A program made the translations under genes and the position numbers. From a virus: a stretch of 64,000 bases of DNA. Numbering within the stretch: the stretch's first letter is position 1; each line of letters opens with the position of its first letter. The stretch spans positions 27,977 to 91,976 of IMG/VR virus record IMGVR_UViG_3300029957_000008. One strand, written 5' to 3'. Of the stretch, positions 19,519 to 28,926 are shown piece by piece. The notes under the pieces are model-generated. The model saw only the letters and a program-made list of their open reading frames with translations. It had not been told where the DNA came from and did not search any database.

Positions 19519-19740
19519 TTAAACGATAATAAACATCTTGACGATTAAATCTCGTTCTCCTCCTAGGGAGACATTTATTGTGTGTGGGGGAAGGTTTCCA
19601 TCCAATAGAGCCCATACACGGAGATTTCTGATATTCCTGAGTGCCGTAAACTCATTGTAGTCTTGACTTCCTTTGGATGAGAGATATTTGGTCCGTGGAG
19701 GGTCTTTTCTTAGGAGATCTCGGAGCTTTGATCTGATCAG
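19519..19740 (-). CDS. hypothetical 73-aa protein, probable CTG start
   Basis: My translation (M)IRSKLRDLLRKDPPRTKYLSSKG...RDLIVKMFIIV. CTGA overlaps the upstream stop and the ORF fills the gap to the dut RBS. Confidence 0.45.
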   Translation of the reverse strand: MIRSKLRDLLRKDPPRTKYLSSKGSQDYNEFTALRNIRNLRVWALLDGNLPPHTINVSLGGERDLIVKMFIIV

Positions 19741-20192
19741 ATGCTCTGCTGCACGGAAAACTTCTTGGGTGGCCCAGTTTCCGGGAAGCGTCTAGATCGA
19801 GCCACTCTTTTTCTGTCATTTTGTCTCGCCTGAAGGGGTTTATCGTAGCATTTGGAGTTTGGACAGGTTGTTGGTGCACCACCGGAGGGGCCACACCATT
19901 GATATCCACACATAGGGCAGTATAAAGCGCTAGTGACGTTTCTTTTGCCTAGCAGTATCTGGTCGCATGTTAGTTCTGGGCCGCTTCGGTCTTCTCGGTA
20001 CGGAAGGGCGCCTTTCCAATTTTGTGGCAAAGCTTCTATACAGGGAACGATTTCTGCAGTTTTGAGCTTTGCCCGACAAAGTTCCTCTTCTCCTAGCCAT
20101 TTTGCTGCAAACTCAATGTCTTTGAGATCTTTGTTGGTCATGTCGATATCAAGCATGACTTCCATGTCAAGATGGCACAGTACGAGGGTCAC
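19737..20192 (-). CDS. hypothetical protein with a Zn ribbon
   Basis: CPMCGYQW...CPNSKC. Confidence 0.6.
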   Translation of the reverse strand: MTLVLCHLDMEVMLDIDMTNKDLKDIEFAAKWLGEEELCRAKLKTAEIVPCIEALPQNWKGALPYREDRSGPELTCDQILLGKRNVTSALYCPMCGYQWCGPSGGAPTTCPNSKCYDKPLQARQNDRKRVARSRRFPETGPPKKFSVQQSI

Positions 20193-20402
20193 TTATTCCT
20201 CCGGACAAGCCAAGGCTGTGACGGTCTTGATTATGGTTACTCTCCAGAGTTTTTCTCCCGGATATACACAACCTGGGCGCTGGCGATCCCCGATAGCGTC
20301 CTCTTTTGTATCCCACGGATCATATTCTCCAGAGTGAGTAGCGTTGATTAGGGCTTCCTCTTCGTTTTTAGCATACACCCAAACTTTTACGGTTTTGGTC
20401 AC
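20193..20402 (-). CDS. small hypothetical protein
   Basis: GTGA-coupled start (TKTVKVWVYAKNEEEA). Confidence 0.55.
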   Translation of the reverse strand: MTKTVKVWVYAKNEEEALINATHSGEYDPWDTKEDAIGDRQRPGCVYPGEKLWRVTIIKTVTALACPEE

Positions 20403-20569
20403 TTCTTCGTCTCCGTCTTGTATTGGACTTGCCACTTTTGTATGCAGCAATAATCGTCATTTATTTCAATTCGTCGTGCTTCTGCAGCATCTTCAGTGGC
20501 CCAGATACTGTCTAGCATATCGCCTTCGTGCATCTCCTCAAAGACGACTACATACACATACCTGTTCAT
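20399..20569 (-). CDS. small hypothetical protein (56 aa)
   Basis: My translation MNRYVYVVVFEEMHEGDMLDSIWATEDAAEARR...; start/stop overlaps at both ends. Confidence 0.6.
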   Translation of the reverse strand: MNRYVYVVVFEEMHEGDMLDSIWATEDAAEARRIEINDDYCCIQKWQVQYKTETKK

Positions 20570-20742
20570 TCCACACTCGCCAAATCCAAAGCTTCCTGAA
20601 TTGCAGCCGCTTCTGATGGGTCTAGTTCACAGTTGTCTAAAAGGTATTCTAGGTATTCCGGCTCTTCCTCAAGTACATCCTCAAGATTTTCAAATTTAAA
20701 TCGGCCCTTAGTAAATTGGTTATGTTGGTTCAAAAAACTCAT
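20566..20742 (-). CDS. small acidic protein, DUF3820-like (58 aa)
   Basis: My translation MSFLNQHNQFTKGRFKFENLEDVLEEEPEYLEYLLDN...; AAGGAG RBS. Confidence 0.6.
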   Translation of the reverse strand: MSFLNQHNQFTKGRFKFENLEDVLEEEPEYLEYLLDNCELDPSEAAAIQEALDLASVE

Positions 20743-21191
20743 ACTTCTACTCCTTTGTTAATAACTTCAATAGCTCGTTCTACGTGTTCGTCTAAAAGTC
20801 CAAGATCCCAAGTAGTTTCAACTAGATGCGGCCACAAATGGACCATGTCTTCGCAATCGTCCAGGATTACAAACCTGTCGTGGCCGGGGTTCTCGTCCAA
20901 CCACTTCTGGATTTCATAACCTCTAGGACCGCCAAGGCGTGGAGTCTTGTCAATAATAGTAACTTTGCCGCCAGCATCGTTAATAACGTTTTCAATGAAG
21001 TCCAAGTGGAGCATGATTCGCCAGGTAGACGAAATAACAACATCAGCCCCGGTGGCTTCTACGATCTTATTCAGTCGCTCCACCGCTTTGCGATCCACTT
21101 CGTTCATTGTCCACTGGTCGCCAAGAAGATCTACAAACTCTTGGCTGTTCAGAACGCCATCAATGTCTAGGAAGATAATTGGCTTGGTCAT
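20739..21191 (-). CDS. HAD phosphatase (Swiss-army-knife RNA-repair HAD type)
   Basis: FLDIDGVLNS, ISSTWR, RGYEIQKWL and FVILDD. Confidence 0.85.
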   Translation of the reverse strand: MTKPIIFLDIDGVLNSQEFVDLLGDQWTMNEVDRKAVERLNKIVEATGADVVISSTWRIMLHLDFIENVINDAGGKVTIIDKTPRLGGPRGYEIQKWLDENPGHDRFVILDDCEDMVHLWPHLVETTWDLGLLDEHVERAIEVINKGVEV

Positions 21192-21382
21192 TAAAAAACT
21201 CTATTGAGGGAGTCGAGAAACACTTGCCGGGGCCAAGGGACACTCAGTCTGTGGTGCCACTGGTGCTGTTCACAGGCGTCTTTGATGCCGGCAACGGTTT
21301 TATCTATTTGGTCGTAATCAATAACTGTGGTAGCTACTAGTTCGTTTTTTGCGTCATAAACGGTAAGAATGGTTGGTGTCAA
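21191..21382 (-). CDS. small hypothetical protein
   Basis: AGGAGGT RBS with a TTG start. Confidence 0.6.
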   Translation of the reverse strand: MTPTILTVYDAKNELVATTVIDYDQIDKTVAGIKDACEQHQWHHRLSVPWPRQVFLDSLNRVF

Positions 21383-21437
21383 TGAGCGGTACCTCCTGAA
21401 TGTTTGTAATTATCTGTGTTTGTTCTAAGAAAGTCAA

Positions 21438-22010
21438 TTATTTTCTGCAACCAAATTCAGAATCCTGAGTTACTAATGTTTTTAGGTATCGGAATCGTTT
21501 GGTGACAGTGTAGGTGTATCTAGAGATCGTGGGATCGTTAATCCAGTTTCCATACCCCTTGTTGTAAATGGTCAAAGCCTTCAGTAGGTTGCGCTGTTCT
21601 CCTATTAGTTCGGCCAGGTAGGCTATTCCTAGGTAGATGTTGTTCCTAATGTCGTAAAACGGATCCCCCACGATCTTGAACTTCTCCACCAAGTACTTGC
21701 TGGTCCGTTTGGATAGCTGAATCAGTCCCCGACAGCCTTTCTTAGACTTTGCTCTCTTATCGTACCGGCTTTCGACTTCTATAAGGGCTACAACAAATAC
21801 CGGGCTAAGCCCGAACTCCCTACCTACTTCAGTTGCAGCTATTGCCATCTCCTTGGCGTCTGAGGAGTCTAGCTTGGTCTGCAGGACGTAGGAGCGTTTA
21901 GCTATTAGCTCCTGAAGAGGCACCACATCGGCGGATTCCGGTGCTAAGCACCTATTACCGCCGTTCATGCCATTTAGAAACATTAGAAGAGTTAGTATCT
22001 GTAGGTTCAT
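21438..22010 (-). CDS. lytic transglycosylase (SLT domain) with an N-terminal hydrophobic segment
   Basis: VESRYD...AKSKKGCRGLIQL...NIYLGIAYL...YNKG. Confidence 0.9.
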   Translation of the reverse strand: MNLQILTLLMFLNGMNGGNRCLAPESADVVPLQELIAKRSYVLQTKLDSSDAKEMAIAATEVGREFGLSPVFVVALIEVESRYDKRAKSKKGCRGLIQLSKRTSKYLVEKFKIVGDPFYDIRNNIYLGIAYLAELIGEQRNLLKALTIYNKGYGNWINDPTISRYTYTVTKRFRYLKTLVTQDSEFGCRK

Positions 22011-22152
22011 TGCACACCTTGTGGGATAAATAGGTTACTTTAGCGCAAGTGACAAAGTTTTCAAATGACGCGGCCTTTTTGGCGCATAGCGCCATGTTGA
22101 AGGCCGTAGGAAAGGCGAAGAAGGCAAGCAAAAACATTCCAATAGTTTTCAT
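21955..22152 (-). CDS. small membrane or secreted protein
   Basis: MKTIGMFLLAFFAF; ATG 7 nt after TTGACA-N17-TAGCGT (22160-22188). Confidence 0.55.
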   Translation of the reverse strand: MKTIGMFLLAFFAFPTAFNMALCAKKAASFENFVTCAKVTYLSHKVCNEPTDTNSSNVSKWHERR

Positions 22153-22190
22153 GTGAAGAACGCTACTTTCTATTCTCCTTTGTGTCAAGT

Positions 22191-22199
22191 CAATCTTTA
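22191..22199 (+). promoter_or_regulatory. putative late promoter CAATCTTTA (representative copy)
   Basis: Same AATCTT core at 11119, 13894, 28914, 35548, 36831, 42556, 48446, 51565, 52630 and 58128, each just upstream of a morphogenesis gene. Confidence 0.7.
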
Positions 22200-22205
22200 T
22201 TGTAA

Positions 22206-24389
22206 ATGCTGTGCCCCAACATTAAAGATTCCAAGGGAATGCTCATCGATGGAGTTTTTTCATCGGAGGCCATCGACTCTTCAGGAGAAGTTGTAAAACT
22301 TGAAGGTATTGATATCTCCTCTATGGAAGAGGGGCACGGGGTTGCCAATTACGAGCACAAGGGAATAGACGCTGGAGGCTTTGGCCGGGAGATCGTAGGA
22401 AGGATCATCTACGTCCACAAGGTTTTTAAGGCTTCGGACTGCGAAGATGACCGCCAAAGGATGTTTTGGAAGAAAGTCAAGGAGCAGCCCTTTCTCTACG
22501 GTATGGTCCGGCTTTACGATGCTGCGGGCCACACCGGAGCAGAGGCCCTAGCGGCCCAAATCCGGGATGCTGTCTACCACGATGATGAAATTACGGTTAG
22601 GTACTCCGTAGAGGGTACAACCCTTGAGCGGGATGGAAACATCATTAAGACCTCCATCGCTAGGAAGGTTGCTCTAATCATTGGCCCCTGCAATAAGACC
22701 TGTCTATCCGGTGTGGTTAAAGACACCAACGCCCCTAAGGGATACCAAAAAGAGGACATCGAGAAGTCTGAATTATTGTCCGATCCTTCAAGCCGAAGCA
22801 TCGGTGACGCCCCAGAGTACCAGTACAACCCAATCGTGTCGGATTTTACCAAGAACCCGCTTATTGATCTGGTCCAGAGCTTAGAGCTACTAAAGAGCAT
22901 GACGGCGGGTGGTGGAGACGCAGCCCCTTCTACTCTTACTGGCGGCCAAGCTCTACAAAGGGAAGAGCTAGGTGGCGTCTACAAGAACCACATCGTTGAC
23001 GCCATCAAGGACTACAAAGACCCTTGGGACCACGGTAAGTTTCGAAAGTTTCTAAAAGCTCGGTTGGACAAAGCTGACCTTCCTGAGGTTTCTGACTCGT
23101 TCTTGGACTACTTCATGGGGATCGCCAAGGACTACCAGATTAAGAAGCATCAGGACATTAACCAGGAGTACATTACTAATACTTCGCTGGTTGGCCAAGT
23201 CCATCAGTTAGAAGGATATCTGGTTGAGCTGAGGAAGTCCATCAGAGACGAGCTAGAGGGGTACCAAGTTAGCCTTCCTGAGGTTTACGCCGTCAAGATG
23301 AAGGTGGGTAATGATTACCTACCCGCTGGTCGGTTCATGGTGGTTCAAAACGCAGTCCACCACCTAGAAGACTACCATGGGATCCTAGCAGCTATGATTC
23401 CCGAAGGGCCTTTGGGTGTAGACGGCCAGACTGGAATAGAAGCCCTCAAGATGGTCCCCGAGTTCTCGGTTACCGAGCATCAGATTCCTGAGCCGGTAGC
23501 CAATACAGTACCTGGTATTGTTGGGGTGGTTTCCAACAAGCTTCAAGCCCCACAAAGGGCCGCTGTTTTTGAATATATTCGGCCCGGTATGGGGCAGTCC
23601 CATATTGTTGAGTTTAGTGAGCATGGCGCAGCCCTGGATGGTGAAAAGCTGACAGATGATGAGCTGAATCTCATTGTCTCCAATGTTGAAAGCGGTTTGG
23701 CTACTCTCAAGTGGAAGCAGAATAGCAACCAGGACTTGAGTAAGTCTGACATGGGCGTGCATGAGGCTATGGCTGGTTTAAGAGCGGCCGTATCGGCCGG
23801 ACATGTGCATCCTGATGTCGAAAGGGCGTTTACCAAGCACGTCTTTGAGGACCACATGGTTCCTGGGGTGGGTAATAAGTTCGCTTGGAATGAATTTCAA
23901 CGACAGAACAAGCCAGGAGTACTTGGGTCTATTGATCTTAACTCTTTTAAGCACATTAACGATACTCGCGGCCATATTGCCGGCGATAGCGCGATCAAGG
24001 CCGTTGGTGGGGCACTGAAGAGTGCTGCTGAGAAGGTTGGGACAGTAAAGCTGTTTAGGACTGGTGGAGACGAGTTTGCCATTCACAGCCCTACTCAAGA
24101 AGATGCTCATAGGTTTATGAGAGAAGCAAGGTCTCACATGGCTCAAATACCGCCAGTTGGCGGGGTACATAAGCCATCGTTCAGTATCGGCTTGGGCCAG
24201 GACTTTGGGACGGCAGACAAGGCTTTGTATCTAGCCAAGAAGCAAAAGGTCGATCCTGTGACGGGTAAGAACGCCTATCACCCTGCCAGAACTCCTCACT
24301 TGGGGCACTCTTTGCTGCCAGGATCGGAAGGGCCGATCAATATGTCTGAAGCACCTACGGCTTCGACTGGGTCAAAGGTAGCGGCGTAG
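22206..24389 (+). CDS. prohead serine protease fused to a C-terminal GGDEF diguanylate cyclase domain
   Basis: Protease: DSSGEVV, NYEH, YSVEG, ALIIGPCN. GGDEF: DLNSFKHINDTRGHIAGD, FRTGGDEF (24063-24077), ADKALYLAK. Confidence 0.9.
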   Translation: MLCPNIKDSKGMLIDGVFSSEAIDSSGEVVKLEGIDISSMEEGHGVANYEHKGIDAGGFGREIVGRIIYVHKVFKASDCEDDRQRMFWKKVKEQPFLYGMVRLYDAAGHTGAEALAAQIRDAVYHDDEITVRYSVEGTTLERDGNIIKTSIARKVALIIGPCNKTCLSGVVKDTNAPKGYQKEDIEKSELLSDPSSRSIGDAPEYQYNPIVSDFTKNPLIDLVQSLELLKSMTAGGGDAAPSTLTGGQALQREELGGVYKNHIVDAIKDYKDPWDHGKFRKFLKARLDKADLPEVSDSFLDYFMGIAKDYQIKKHQDINQEYITNTSLVGQVHQLEGYLVELRKSIRDELEGYQVSLPEVYAVKMKVGNDYLPAGRFMVVQNAVHHLEDYHGILAAMIPEGPLGVDGQTGIEALKMVPEFSVTEHQIPEPVANTVPGIVGVVSNKLQAPQRAAVFEYIRPGMGQSHIVEFSEHGAALDGEKLTDDELNLIVSNVESGLATLKWKQNSNQDLSKSDMGVHEAMAGLRAAVSAGHVHPDVERAFTKHVFEDHMVPGVGNKFAWNEFQRQNKPGVLGSIDLNSFKHINDTRGHIAGDSAIKAVGGALKSAAEKVGTVKLFRTGGDEFAIHSPTQEDAHRFMREARSHMAQIPPVGGVHKPSFSIGLGQDFGTADKALYLAKKQKVDPVTGKNAYHPARTPHLGHSLLPGSEGPINMSEAPTASTGSKVAA

Positions 24390-24765
24390 TCTTTCGGCAG
24401 CTTTTGCAGGTTCGTTCGCGTTGAGTGAACGATAAGAACATTGGCAGGACCTTGTTGCAGGCGTAGCACTCTCTGAGGCCGCTGTCCGCATTGCATTTGC
24501 TGCATAGGCCGTTGCTGTTCAGTTTTCGGTGTTTGAGGCAGCAGGCGCAGACTGTATCTGGCCACTTTTTGACCATTATGTCCTCTTTCCTGCAGGATTT
24601 ACACTTTGAAGTGACGGGTCTAGCTGTGCCCTCCCGGATGAACTCATGGAAGGCCCTCCTGGGAAGGGCTTTCTTGCATCCAGAGCATCTGTAGGTCTCG
24701 TCAGCGGTCACTATTGGTAAGATTAGTGTTTTATACATTTTTTGTAGCTCACTAATGTCAATCAT
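24355..24765 (-). CDS. multi-Zn-finger protein (three CxxC...CxxC units)
   Basis: Six CxxC motifs; antisense insertion within the head cluster. Confidence 0.55.
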   Translation of the reverse strand: MIDISELQKMYKTLILPIVTADETYRCSGCKKALPRRAFHEFIREGTARPVTSKCKSCRKEDIMVKKWPDTVCACCLKHRKLNSNGLCSKCNADSGLRECYACNKVLPMFLSFTQRERTCKSCRKTTPLPLTQSKP

Positions 24766-24803
24766 TAATAAGAGCAGTTTGCTCGTAACTTTAAGGAGAC
24801 TCC

Positions 24804-25283
24804 ATGGCTACATCGCGAAAAGCACAAGATATTGCACGAGACCTACTCGATACTTTCGGTAAGCAGGTCGCGGCTACTCTGCCCGTTCAAGTTCAGACGG
24901 CAGACAGTTCGGGCAACCCCATTCTAACCCTTTCGGCAGACTCCACCCCGGCGACTGGTGAAAAGGTCGTTGTCATTGTTGTCTCGCCTTATGCGAGCGG
25001 CACGGCGTACGACATCTTTGGTAATGCGGCTCTCAATTACTCGCCCACCAAGATTCAGTTCTGCACTGAAGCGAACTACGCGGCTACCACGGACAACGTT
25101 GCTGACATCCTTACTCCTACCGAGCTTCTCCCCATTATCTCGGAGATTTCGAAGAGGGGTACTCTTGTTGAGTGGCACGTGACCGCGAACGGCACCGTTC
25201 CTTCGGCCGCCGCCATCGCAGCGGGTACTGTTCTCAGCGCAACGTTTGCTCCGCTATACAACGGCGTTCAATCTGCGATCTAA
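24804..25283 (+). CDS. head-associated structural protein (decoration candidate)
   Basis: AAGGAG RBS; Ala/Thr/Val-rich; upstream of scaffold and capsid. Confidence 0.55.
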   Translation: MATSRKAQDIARDLLDTFGKQVAATLPVQVQTADSSGNPILTLSADSTPATGEKVVVIVVSPYASGTAYDIFGNAALNYSPTKIQFCTEANYAATTDNVADILTPTELLPIISEISKRGTLVEWHVTANGTVPSAAAIAAGTVLSATFAPLYNGVQSAI

Positions 25284-25310
25284 TTGGGCACTTGATTTAA
25301 GGAGCCCACA

Positions 25311-26243
25311 ATGGACATGAAAAATCTAACAAAGAAAGGTCTGGAGAAACTCATTGATGATGTTTCTTTGGGTCTTACGGCCGTCTTGGCAAAAGCCGAG
25401 GCGGAAGGCGCTGTTGAAGGACAGACGCTAGCGAAAGCAGACCCAGGGCAGGAAGCTCCTGCGGAAAAGGTCCCTGCTGGTTCGTCTAGCGAAAGTTCCG
25501 ATTCCAGCCCCGCCAAAGAGGAATCTAGTCCTGCAGCCCCGGCCGCAGATGCTAGTCCTGCTGAGGAAACTCCTGGTGAAGTACCTGTTGCAGAAGGGGC
25601 GCCTGCTCCTAGTGCCGAAGGTTCGGAACCAGCAGAAGACACGGGTGGTACGGTTGAGCAGCTTCAGGCTGAATACGCCGCACTTCCTGTCGAGGAACAG
25701 AAGATGCACTTGCTAGCTCTCAAAGCTGCTTTGATGTCGACGTTGGCATCTCAGGGTGGCGAAGGCGATGCCGGTGTTGCTCCTGAAGGTATGCCTGCTC
25801 CAGACGCTTCTGCGGCTCCCGCCGCTCCCGAAGCTGCTGCCCCAGCGCCTGCCCCAGAGCAAACAGAAATGCCTCCGATGGCTAAGTCCGAAGACCGAGC
25901 ACTTGCTCTAGAACTTGAGACCCTTAAGAAGGCCTTGAGTGACAAGGAAGAGATTATTGCAAGCACCAATCAAATGGCGGCTGCTTTCAAGAACTTCCTT
26001 GAGCGAAACAACGGTCGTCGGCTTTCAGTCGCTGCGGCTTCGGTTATGCCGAAGACTCAGACCGACCTAGCCAAGTCAGAAGGTATTGACGTCACCTCTC
26101 TTTCCCCAGTGGAAATCAACCGGAAGCTCACAGAGGTAGCGGCTTCGGGAACCCTCAAGAAATCAGATAAAGACCTCGTCCTTAAGTATGTAGCTGGCAG
26201 GGACAAAAAAGATGTCGGCTCAATCGCACATCTTTTAAAGTAA
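25311..26243 (+). CDS. scaffold/internal head protein
   Basis: Acidic Ala/Pro/Glu-rich with coiled coil; directly before the MCP; many LxK[AS] motifs. Confidence 0.7.
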   Translation: MDMKNLTKKGLEKLIDDVSLGLTAVLAKAEAEGAVEGQTLAKADPGQEAPAEKVPAGSSSESSDSSPAKEESSPAAPAADASPAEETPGEVPVAEGAPAPSAEGSEPAEDTGGTVEQLQAEYAALPVEEQKMHLLALKAALMSTLASQGGEGDAGVAPEGMPAPDASAAPAAPEAAAPAPAPEQTEMPPMAKSEDRALALELETLKKALSDKEEIIASTNQMAAAFKNFLERNNGRRLSVAAASVMPKTQTDLAKSEGIDVTSLSPVEINRKLTEVAASGTLKKSDKDLVLKYVAGRDKKDVGSIAHLLK

Positions 26244-26259
26244 TAAGGAGACCCTTCAC

Positions 26260-27675
26260 ATGAATCCATTGTCGCAAATTCAAGACCTCGTAAAGGCACT
26301 AGAGGCCGGCAACTATGATGCCGCCCCCAGCACACTAGAGCAAGGCTCTGCCCTGCAGATTGAAGACCTCAATCCTGTCATGGTCATGGTCACAGCAGAA
26401 GAAAAACACATTAAGCTCCAGAAGCTGATTCCTGTTGAGTCGTCTAAGTCGACGACTTTTCAGTTCAACCGTCAGCTCTCGGTTGGTATCATGGGTGGCA
26501 GCGCTCAGATGGAAGGTAACGTTGGTCAAGAGGAAACTTCTGACTACGTACGTATCACCATCCCAATGACGTACTACTCGCACATTCGTCGGGTGACTGT
26601 TGCTTCGACCTTGGTTGCCAGCTCTGATGGTAAGAAGTCAGATGAACGGGCGGCTCAGGATGCGGCTAAGAAAGTCTCCTTTGACGTTGAGTTCGACCTC
26701 TTCCGTGGTCTTGAGTGTTTCAGCAACGCCGGTACTTTCGACGGCAACCCGCTGACCACCTCGAACCTTCTCCCCAACATGCATGGCCTTTCGCTCCAGG
26801 TTCGTCAGTCGGACTTCCAGGTGAACAGCCGTGATGCAATGTTCGCCGAGTTCGGTTCGGATCAGACGGTTGTTCTTTCAGCCGGTGGTTCGACTCTAAC
26901 CCAGGGTATCATTGAAGACGGCGCTCTCCGTAGCTCTTTGGGCTTCGGCGAAGCGGACAAGCTCATTGTGGATCCCGTGGTTCTCGCTAACTACAACAAG
27001 ATCACGTTCGGCAAAGAGCGTATCATCCTCGCGGGTAGCCCGCAAGATGCGACTGCCGGTGACCTTCGTCGTCAGTGGGTCTCGGGCGGCACTGTGAACA
27101 TTGAAGCTTCGCAGTTCCTCCGTGGCAAGTTCAAGCCCGCTCCTGTGCGTGCGAACAGCCCCGTGGCTCCTGCTAGCATCACTGTGACCCCGGCTTCGGC
27201 CACCAACCCGACCGGCCTCGCCGCTGGTGTTTATTACTACTTCGCTACCGCTGGTAACGAAGTTGGTGAGTCGGTTGCTTGTACGGCAGTGTCTTCGGGC
27301 AGCGTGACGAAGGACTACAAGGTTACGGTTGTGGTTACCCAGCCCGCGTCTGGCGTCTACCGCTTCTACAACATCTACCGTTCGCCTGTCGGCGGTACGG
27401 CAGCTCAGGCCAAGTTCATTGGTCGCGTTGTTCCGACCCAGGGCTCGTCCACGACTAACTTCGTTGACCTCAACGGCATGAATCCTGCAGCGGTTACTGG
27501 TTACTTCCTTCAGAAGGACGGAGCCAGCATTCGTGAACTGGCTTCTTACAGCCGCCTCAAGCTGGCCGTCTCGGACCTCAGCATGCCGGAAGCTCACTTC
27601 CGCTTCCTGGGCCTAGCGGTTGAGACTCCTCGCAAGTTCGTCCTCATCGACAACTTGAATGGTACCATCAGCTAA
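26260..27675 (+). CDS. major capsid protein (Twort/SPO1-like, with an FN3-like insertion)
   Basis: N-terminal LVKALEAG...GSALQIEDL; YYYFATAGNEVGES and YNIYRS insert; strong RBS; followed by a terminator. Confidence 0.9.
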   Translation: MNPLSQIQDLVKALEAGNYDAAPSTLEQGSALQIEDLNPVMVMVTAEEKHIKLQKLIPVESSKSTTFQFNRQLSVGIMGGSAQMEGNVGQEETSDYVRITIPMTYYSHIRRVTVASTLVASSDGKKSDERAAQDAAKKVSFDVEFDLFRGLECFSNAGTFDGNPLTTSNLLPNMHGLSLQVRQSDFQVNSRDAMFAEFGSDQTVVLSAGGSTLTQGIIEDGALRSSLGFGEADKLIVDPVVLANYNKITFGKERIILAGSPQDATAGDLRRQWVSGGTVNIEASQFLRGKFKPAPVRANSPVAPASITVTPASATNPTGLAAGVYYYFATAGNEVGESVACTAVSSGSVTKDYKVTVVVTQPASGVYRFYNIYRSPVGGTAAQAKFIGRVVPTQGSSTTNFVDLNGMNPAAVTGYFLQKDGASIRELASYSRLKLAVSDLSMPEAHFRFLGLAVETPRKFVLIDNLNGTIS

Positions 27676-27703
27676 TAACTAAAGCTTACATAGCTTAAGA
27701 AAC

Positions 27704-27729
27704 AAGGCCCGCAAGGGCCTTTTTCTTTT
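27704..27729 (+). terminator. rho-independent terminator
   Basis: AAGGCCC-GCAA-GGGCCTT followed by a T tract. Confidence 0.9.
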
Positions 27730-27793
27730 GTTAAACAAGTACTTGACAAGGTCTCTCCTTTTTGTTAAACATTGTTCCTTGGAAAGGGTTTTC

Positions 27794-28036
27794 ATGCAAA
27801 CATTGGGAAAGACAGAAAAAGAGAGGGATTTTCTTGCTGGATATCAGGCTGGTGGCATTAATTACCTGAAGGTGGTCGTTGGGATTTTAGAATCCGCCGC
27901 CTCCGAAGTATACGAAGAGGCCTACCCCAAAGAAGAAGACAGGCAAACATACGGTGTGTTGTGTGGGCTGATTAATGATGTGAAAAAAGAAATAAACTAT
28001 ATTATTGCCGAAAGGATTGTAAGTAGTTCTAAATAG
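27794..28036 (+). CDS. hypothetical protein
   Basis: MQTLGK start downstream of a TTGACA element at about 27743. Confidence 0.55.
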   Translation: MQTLGKTEKERDFLAGYQAGGINYLKVVVGILESAASEVYEEAYPKEEDRQTYGVLCGLINDVKKEINYIIAERIVSSSK

Positions 28037-28050
28037 AGGGCTTTATCTAC

Positions 28051-28078
28051 TTGACGCCATGGGTGGTTGTGATACAAT
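28051..28078 (+). promoter_or_regulatory. sigma70-type promoter, leaderless transcript
   Basis: TTGACG-N16-TACAAT with TGA extension; ATG 6 nt downstream. Confidence 0.7.
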
Positions 28079-28084
28079 AATCCC

Positions 28085-28648
28085 ATGATTCGCGTTCTAA
28101 TTTGTTCAGCTTACGGCAACCAGCCTTCAAATCTGGTTAAGGCCCTTAAATATTCACGATACGCCTTATATAAGGGTTATGCCACCTTTGCTCCACACAT
28201 CGAGTACTCTTCTTGTCTTTCCGATTCCGATGAGGACGAACGGGAGATGGGTATTAATGCCGGACTGGCATTTTTATTAGTGTGTGGGGAGATGTGGGTC
28301 TTTGTGGTTGATGGCGTTCTCTCAACTGGCATGAAGAAAGAGATCAAAACAGCGATTAAGAACAACGTCCTAATCCGTTGGTTTGATGCCTCGAACGACG
28401 AGGATATTAAAGAGCTAATGCACATTCCTTCAGACAGAGTACCCCTCAAGAGAGACTTCGTTACCGACCTAGGAAAGGCTACGGTCAGCAAGTTTTCCGA
28501 GATCGAAGCCTTGCTTAAGAGTGGGGCTAAGTATGGAGACTTGGTAGACAGCATTGACGATCTCCTTGGAACCGCCATGCCAGACAGGGATCTTGAGGCC
28601 GAGCAAATCTACGAAAACACAGTTAAGGATCGAGATGAAGAAATATAA
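28085..28648 (+). CDS. nucleoside deoxyribosyltransferase-like Rossmann protein (DUF4406/DUF7768-like)
   Basis: VLICSAY...FAPH...EREMGI...CGEMWVF...STGMKKEI pattern. Confidence 0.65.
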   Translation: MIRVLICSAYGNQPSNLVKALKYSRYALYKGYATFAPHIEYSSCLSDSDEDEREMGINAGLAFLLVCGEMWVFVVDGVLSTGMKKEIKTAIKNNVLIRWFDASNDEDIKELMHIPSDRVPLKRDFVTDLGKATVSKFSEIEALLKSGAKYGDLVDSIDDLLGTAMPDRDLEAEQIYENTVKDRDEEI

Positions 28649-28907
28649 GTGGAAAGAATCATCCGTAGTCTTGCAGCTTCTGCGGGATGACGCACAGTCA
28701 AAGATCCTGGTGGATGCTCTCCGTCAGAGACAGCTCAAATCGGATGTGACGGTAAAGCTGGACGGGAAAACCTACCGACTCGTTGAAGCGTTCCCGTGTA
28801 GGGCATCCTCCGACAAGATCTGGAAGGAACAGGTTAAATACTGTCTACGGAAATTACGAGATTTCTTGAATCGATTTCTAGGTCGTCCGATTCCCTCACA
28901 TAGCTAA
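28635..28907 (+). CDS. hypothetical protein
   Basis: AAGGA RBS before ATG 28635. Confidence 0.5.
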   Translation: MKKYKWKESSVVLQLLRDDAQSKILVDALRQRQLKSDVTVKLDGKTYRLVEAFPCRASSDKIWKEQVKYCLRKLRDFLNRFLGRPIPSHS

Positions 28908-28926
28908 TCCCAACAATCTTTATTGC

